From: Bacteroidota bacterium
Lineage (GTDB): Bacteria; Bacteroidota; Bacteroidia; Chitinophagales; Chitinophagaceae
DNA: 64,000 bases
Reading direction: 5' to 3'
Assembly (NCBI GenBank): GCA_013288445.1
Contig: JABDBX010000001.1
Location: 4,838-68,837, forward strand
Below, in pieces: positions 60,031-64,000 of this stretch (within the stretch, counting starts at the first letter, position 1; every line of letters begins with the position of its first letter). The notes under the pieces are model-generated. The model had not been told where the DNA came from and made no database searches. It saw only the letters and a program-made list of their open reading frames with translations. The position numbers were made by a program, and so were the translations under genes.

Positions 60031-60127
60031 TGCTGCGAGGTGCCTATCATGTCAGTATTTTTGGTTGAAGGACAAATTGTACTATCTCTAATTTTCCCGT
60101 CCTTTAGATCAACGTCACTAAGGGATA

Positions 60128-60235
60128 ATCCAAACAAAAGTAGTGCGATACCTTCGGCATCGTGTCACTTTTTGTATCAGATTTTCTACAAACGTTGGAT
60201 GCCTTCAGCATCACCCAGCGTGAATTTTTCCTTTC
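60128..60235. repeat. Family B REP-like unit
   Basis: CCAAACAAAAGTAGTGCGATACCTTCGGCATCG...TTTTCTACAAACGTTGGATGCCTTCAGCATC. Confidence 0.8.
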
Positions 60236-60286
60236 CTAATTGGCAAATTCTGCCAAAGTGGGTATCTTTATTCTAAACCACTAACC

Positions 60287-60658
60287 ATGAGCGACCGCGA
60301 AAAATACAACATCAATTTAGATACAAAATTCCAGCACCTCGAACTTATAGATGTACCATCAGTAGTAGCTGCTTGTACAGAGAAATGGCAGAACTATACC
60401 CTCACACAGGTCAATGACAGTGTAGTAAGGATAGGTATTGTGGAAGGGGAATTTCACTGGCATAAACATGATAACGATGATGAGTTCTTTTTTGTACTTG
60501 AAGGGCAATTGCTCATTGACCTCGAAGACCGCACTATAGAACTGAACCCTAACCAGGGCACAACTATAACAAAGGGAGTGATGCACCGGCCCCGCGCGCC
60601 TAAGAAAACAGTGATGCTCATGGTAGAGACCAGCGCTATAGCGCCAACAGGTGATTAG
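60287..60658 (+). CDS. Cupin domain protein
   Basis: GEFHWHKH..DEFFFVLEG...KGVMHRP. Confidence 0.92.
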   Translation: MSDREKYNINLDTKFQHLELIDVPSVVAACTEKWQNYTLTQVNDSVVRIGIVEGEFHWHKHDNDDEFFFVLEGQLLIDLEDRTIELNPNQGTTITKGVMHRPRAPKKTVMLMVETSAIAPTGD

Positions 60659-60758
60659 TAATAGCTGCAAAGTATTATACTGAATTTCCAGATTTCAAAA
60701 GCTCCATTTTTTGTAATTATGCCCGGGAAATCACTAAATTTGGAAAAATAATTAGCTA

Positions 60759-61307
60759 ATGGCAGTAAGTCCAAGTATTCGCGTTTATCCAAGTGGCGGG
60801 ACATGGGTCGTCAAAAAAGATGGCGCGTCCAGGGCTTCTTATTTAGAAGAAACGAAAGAGAGTGCAATTCGTAAAGCAAGAGATATAGCGATCCATCAAA
60901 GGCTAATGGTAATTATTCATGGAAAGGATGGTAGAATACAGAAGACAATCCGGCCACAAGATTCATCAAATGACAATTGCTTTATCACAACCGCTTGCGT
61001 TAAATACTTTGGATTAGCCGATGATTGTTATGAATTACAAACACTGCGAAAGTATAGGGATGAATATTTATTACAAACAGATAGCAACAGCATATTAGTG
61101 CAACAATACTATTCGGTTGCGCCTCCATTGGTTACTGCTATAGAATCTTCAGACGACAAGGTTCATCTTTTTAAAGAAATTTTCAAAAATATACAACAAG
61201 CATGTTTAGCCATTGAAGAGCAAAGGTTTGAAGATGCAAAATTTATTTATCAAAAAGCTGTATTACAACTTTTAGAGCATTTCAAATTACCAGGGAATGG
61301 CAATTAG
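60759..61307 (+). CDS. DUF2188 domain fused to CFI-box-CTERM domain
   Basis: VYP..G.W.VK..G..RAS...TK..AI..AR...IHGKDGRIQ, then CFITTAC...C.EL..LR..RD..L...YY..AP; TAAATTTG box at 60735-60742. Confidence 0.75.
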   Translation: MAVSPSIRVYPSGGTWVVKKDGASRASYLEETKESAIRKARDIAIHQRLMVIIHGKDGRIQKTIRPQDSSNDNCFITTACVKYFGLADDCYELQTLRKYRDEYLLQTDSNSILVQQYYSVAPPLVTAIESSDDKVHLFKEIFKNIQQACLAIEEQRFEDAKFIYQKAVLQLLEHFKLPGNGN

Positions 61308-62058
61308 CGCTAATACCCTTTTTCATTTTACTGAAAAAGATCATCTCAAAAAAATTCTTAAAGACTACTTTTTCCCTAAATACAGCTTAGAGAATATAAG
61401 TCATGCTACACCAGAAAATAGCATTTATGGTAGTTCCTATATTCCAATGGTTTGTTTTTGTGATTTGCTTTTTTCTCAAATCAAAGATCATGTCGAATTT
61501 TATGGCTATTATGGAATAGGGTTAAGGAAGAAAGAATGGGGTCTCAAAAAAGGAATCAGTCCAATAGTCTATGTCCCCGATAAATCAATATCAGGGGCCT
61601 ATATTCAATCAATAGCAGAAACAGTTAACACCAAATTTTCGGACAACGTTGATTTTTCGGGTATTAATAAACAACTGCTGGATTTTTACAAATATATCAA
61701 ACCATATAATGGTGAAGCCTTTAACAGAGGGCAAAAGAAAATGCAAAAGATGATATTTTACAATGAAAGAGAATGGAGATTTGTTCCTAAAAAATTTCGT
61801 GTGATTGCTGAAATTGAACGCGAACAGGAAGAAATGAACCAGATTATTAAAGATTACAACTTAGAGATGCAAACAAAATCACAACTGAAATTTGCTGCAA
61901 AAGACATTAAATATATCATTGTAAAAAATGAAAATGAAATCCCCGAATTTGTTGACTTTATTGAAAGAGAATTGGAACCCACTTTTAAAGATGAGAAAGA
62001 AAGAAAATTATTGGTCGCAAAACTAATAAGTGTCCAGCAGATTGGTGAAGATATTTGA
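61297..62058 (+). CDS. AbiGi-like (abortive infection) family protein
   Basis: SANTLFHFT, IPMVCFCD, FYGYYGIGL..EW....GISP, FYNEREWRFVP, F...DIKYIIV; 11-bp overlap with the upstream gene. Confidence 0.75.
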   Translation: MAISANTLFHFTEKDHLKKILKDYFFPKYSLENISHATPENSIYGSSYIPMVCFCDLLFSQIKDHVEFYGYYGIGLRKKEWGLKKGISPIVYVPDKSISGAYIQSIAETVNTKFSDNVDFSGINKQLLDFYKYIKPYNGEAFNRGQKKMQKMIFYNEREWRFVPKKFRVIAEIEREQEEMNQIIKDYNLEMQTKSQLKFAAKDIKYIIVKNENEIPEFVDFIERELEPTFKDEKERKLLVAKLISVQQIGEDI

Positions 62059-62129
62059 TCTGAATACTGTGGATGTTCTCGATGCAGTATCTCGGAAAAC
62101 ACTGTTAGTAAATAAAAGTACAATTTAGC

Positions 62130-64000
62130 TTACCTGCTCAGCATAAACTTTTCCACCTTATGGCCGCCATTTGCGATGACATGCAATAAGTACAGGCCGT
62201 TGGGTATGTTTTGCTCCAGGTTCACTTCCCGGTTCAGGATTCCAGAACTAACCGGAATAACGTCTTTATACACCAACTGTCCTATCACGTCGGTTATTTC
62301 GATAGTCACATTTTTATCTTCTGGTAAAGTTCCTTCAATAGTGAAGGTGCCTTTGTTCGGATTAGGCGACAGCGAAAAATTTACATCATTGTTCAACTCC
62401 TCTACCCCAACGCTATTTACAATAGGATAACCCCAGCCGAAGGTAGAAATAGCGCACGGCCCGTTTGAAACAATGCACGAAACGGAGTCTCCTGTATGGA
62501 ATGACGAGCTCACATAAGTGCTATCGGTAGCGCCAGGTATGGCCAGGTAATTAAGATACCATTTGTAAGTATAAACAGCCCCTGTGCCACCCACAATTAC
62601 GGCATGAAGGGTATCCGGGCGACCAGGGCCAGCTACTGCTGGAAAGGCTTCTATGAATACAATAGGAACCACGGGCTCATTTATCCTGATCACCTTTCTG
62701 AACAGCGCCGTACCGCAGGCATTGATCACTTTATAGCTCACGGTATCCAGGCCGCCGGAAACGCCAAGTATATTACCAGAGCTAAGAAGAGCAGACCCAT
62801 TGCTGATGGCCCATAGCCCGCCAGCAGGGATGCCGGTAAGCACATCGGGCAAGCCAACACAGATAGCCGATGGCCCCTCTATTGTATCAGCGATCGGATA
62901 AATAGTTATCACCTTCTTTACTGAATCTGAACAGCCCAAAAGCGTGATGGTATAAGTAATAGTGTCTGTGCCGGGAAGCAGCGGGTTGATAACGCCAGTG
63001 GCCGAAACGGAAACATCTGCATTACTTGCCGTCCACACGCCGCCAACGCCAATATCAGAAAGCGTGTCGTGCCTGGTAATACAGGCAATTGAAGAGCCCA
63101 GCACAGGGCCTATTACCGGCAAAGGGTGTACGGTAACATAAACGGCTATGGTATCTGACAGCAGGCCATCGTTTACTCTTACCTTAAACGTATCATGCCC
63201 GCTGAAACCAGGCACGGGCATGTAGGCAGACCCTGTAGGGGTAAGCAGACCTGCGGTGGTGGCAATGGAATCTGTAACAGTTAGTGAACCATGCAGGGGT
63301 GGGGCTATAAGGGTCCATACATCTGCCTGTTCCAGGTCAGAATCAACAACGGCAAGCATTGCATTTACCGGAATTGCAGCCGAGTTCTGGCAAAGTATAA
63401 GGCTATCTGTAGCCCCTACAATAAAGTAGGGAGCATGGCTCTTACTAATAAGCCGCACACGCGAATTTCTGCTATCTGTAAAATAAACTTTACCATTTGC
63501 GCCTATCCCTACACTGGTAGGATGGTTGACCTCTGCCGCTGTAGCCAGGCCGCCATCACCACCGGAATATCCGGCTATGCCATTTCCGGCAACTGTGCTG
63601 ATGATACCTGAAGTACTGATCTTGCGGATGCGGTTGTTGTTAGCGTCTGCAATATAGATATTGCCTGACCCGTCCACTTTCACACCCATCGGTGCGTTTA
63701 CTTTTGCAGTAGCCGCAGACCCGCCATCGCCTATGAAACCCGCCGCGCCTGTACCGGCAATTGTAGTAATGGTTCCACCTGTAACTTTTCTTATACGGTT
63801 ATTGCCCATGTCGGCTATGTACAGATTACCGCTGGCATCCACTGCCACATCGGTAGGGCGGTTCAGCTTCTCCAGAATGGCTAATCCGCCATCGCCGCTA
63901 TAGCCCGAAGCGCCGCCCAGACCCGCCACTGTAGTTATTGTACCCGAAGCGCTTACTTTGCGGATACAGGAATTACCATTATCGGCAAAGAATACATTCC
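62130..64000 (-). CDS. NHL-repeat / Ig-like protein with T9SS type A sorting domain (5' end outside window)
   Basis: Frame stays open to the window end; GYSGDGG repeats, Ig-like repeats, C-terminal SPNPNKG...DVIGQLV...EKFMLSR. Confidence 0.9.
   Translation of the reverse strand, partial: NVFFADNGNSCIRKVSASGTITTVAGLGGASGYSGDGGLAILEKLNRPTDVAVDASGNLYIADMGNNRIRKVTGGTITTIAGTGAAGFIGDGGSAATAKVNAPMGVKVDGSGNIYIADANNNRIRKISTSGIISTVAGNGIAGYSGGDGGLATAAEVNHPTSVGIGANGKVYFTDSRNSRVRLISKSHAPYFIVGATDSLILCQNSAAIPVNAMLAVVDSDLEQADVWTLIAPPLHGSLTVTDSIATTAGLLTPTGSAYMPVPGFSGHDTFKVRVNDGLLSDTIAVYVTVHPLPVIGPVLGSSIACITRHDTLSDIGVGGVWTASNADVSVSATGVINPLLPGTDTITYTITLLGCSDSVKKVITIYPIADTIEGPSAICVGLPDVLTGIPAGGLWAISNGSALLSSGNILGVSGGLDTVSYKVINACGTALFRKVIRINEPVVPIVFIEAFPAVAGPGRPDTLHAVIVGGTGAVYTYKWYLNYLAIPGATDSTYVSSSFHTGDSVSCIVSNGPCAISTFGWGYPIVNSVGVEELNNDVNFSLSPNPNKGTFTIEGTLPEDKNVTIEITDVIGQLVYKDVIPVSSGILNREVNLEQNIPNGLYLLHVIANGGHKVEKFMLSR

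Noticed and set aside
13572-60235. Possible CRISPR array among the palindromic repeats
   Set aside because: The repeats are dispersed, with no regular repeat-spacer period and no cas genes.

Overview
Bacteroidota (most likely Chitinophagaceae-like) chromosomal window. The assignment rests on TAnnTTTG -7 promoter boxes, T9SS C-terminal domains, alpha2-type GlyRS, GS-III and the FtsX-DUF3098 order. Core genes (gcvH, an RND efflux operon, glyQS, ftsX, GS-III, rpoN, ald) are interspersed with many small accessory modules: two Rpn nucleases, a Fic protein, two hicBA loci (one toxin frameshifted), a RelE/ParE-type toxin split by a MITE, orphan antitoxins, an unnamed small-ORF plus ART-fold pair, and a DUF2188-CFI-box plus AbiGi-like pair. 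A ~10.5 kb co-oriented cluster (37850-48348) holds one MBOAT, three AlgJ/AlgX-like SGNH paralogs and three GT-C-like membrane paralogs with a conserved Trp-rich C-terminal domain; it is the best candidate for an undescribed envelope-modification system. Intergenic spaces contain several families of MITEs and REP-like palindromes, often nested inside each other. No rRNA, tRNA, CRISPR array, reverse transcriptase or intact IS transposase was recognised. All family calls come from motif recognition by eye, not from database searches.
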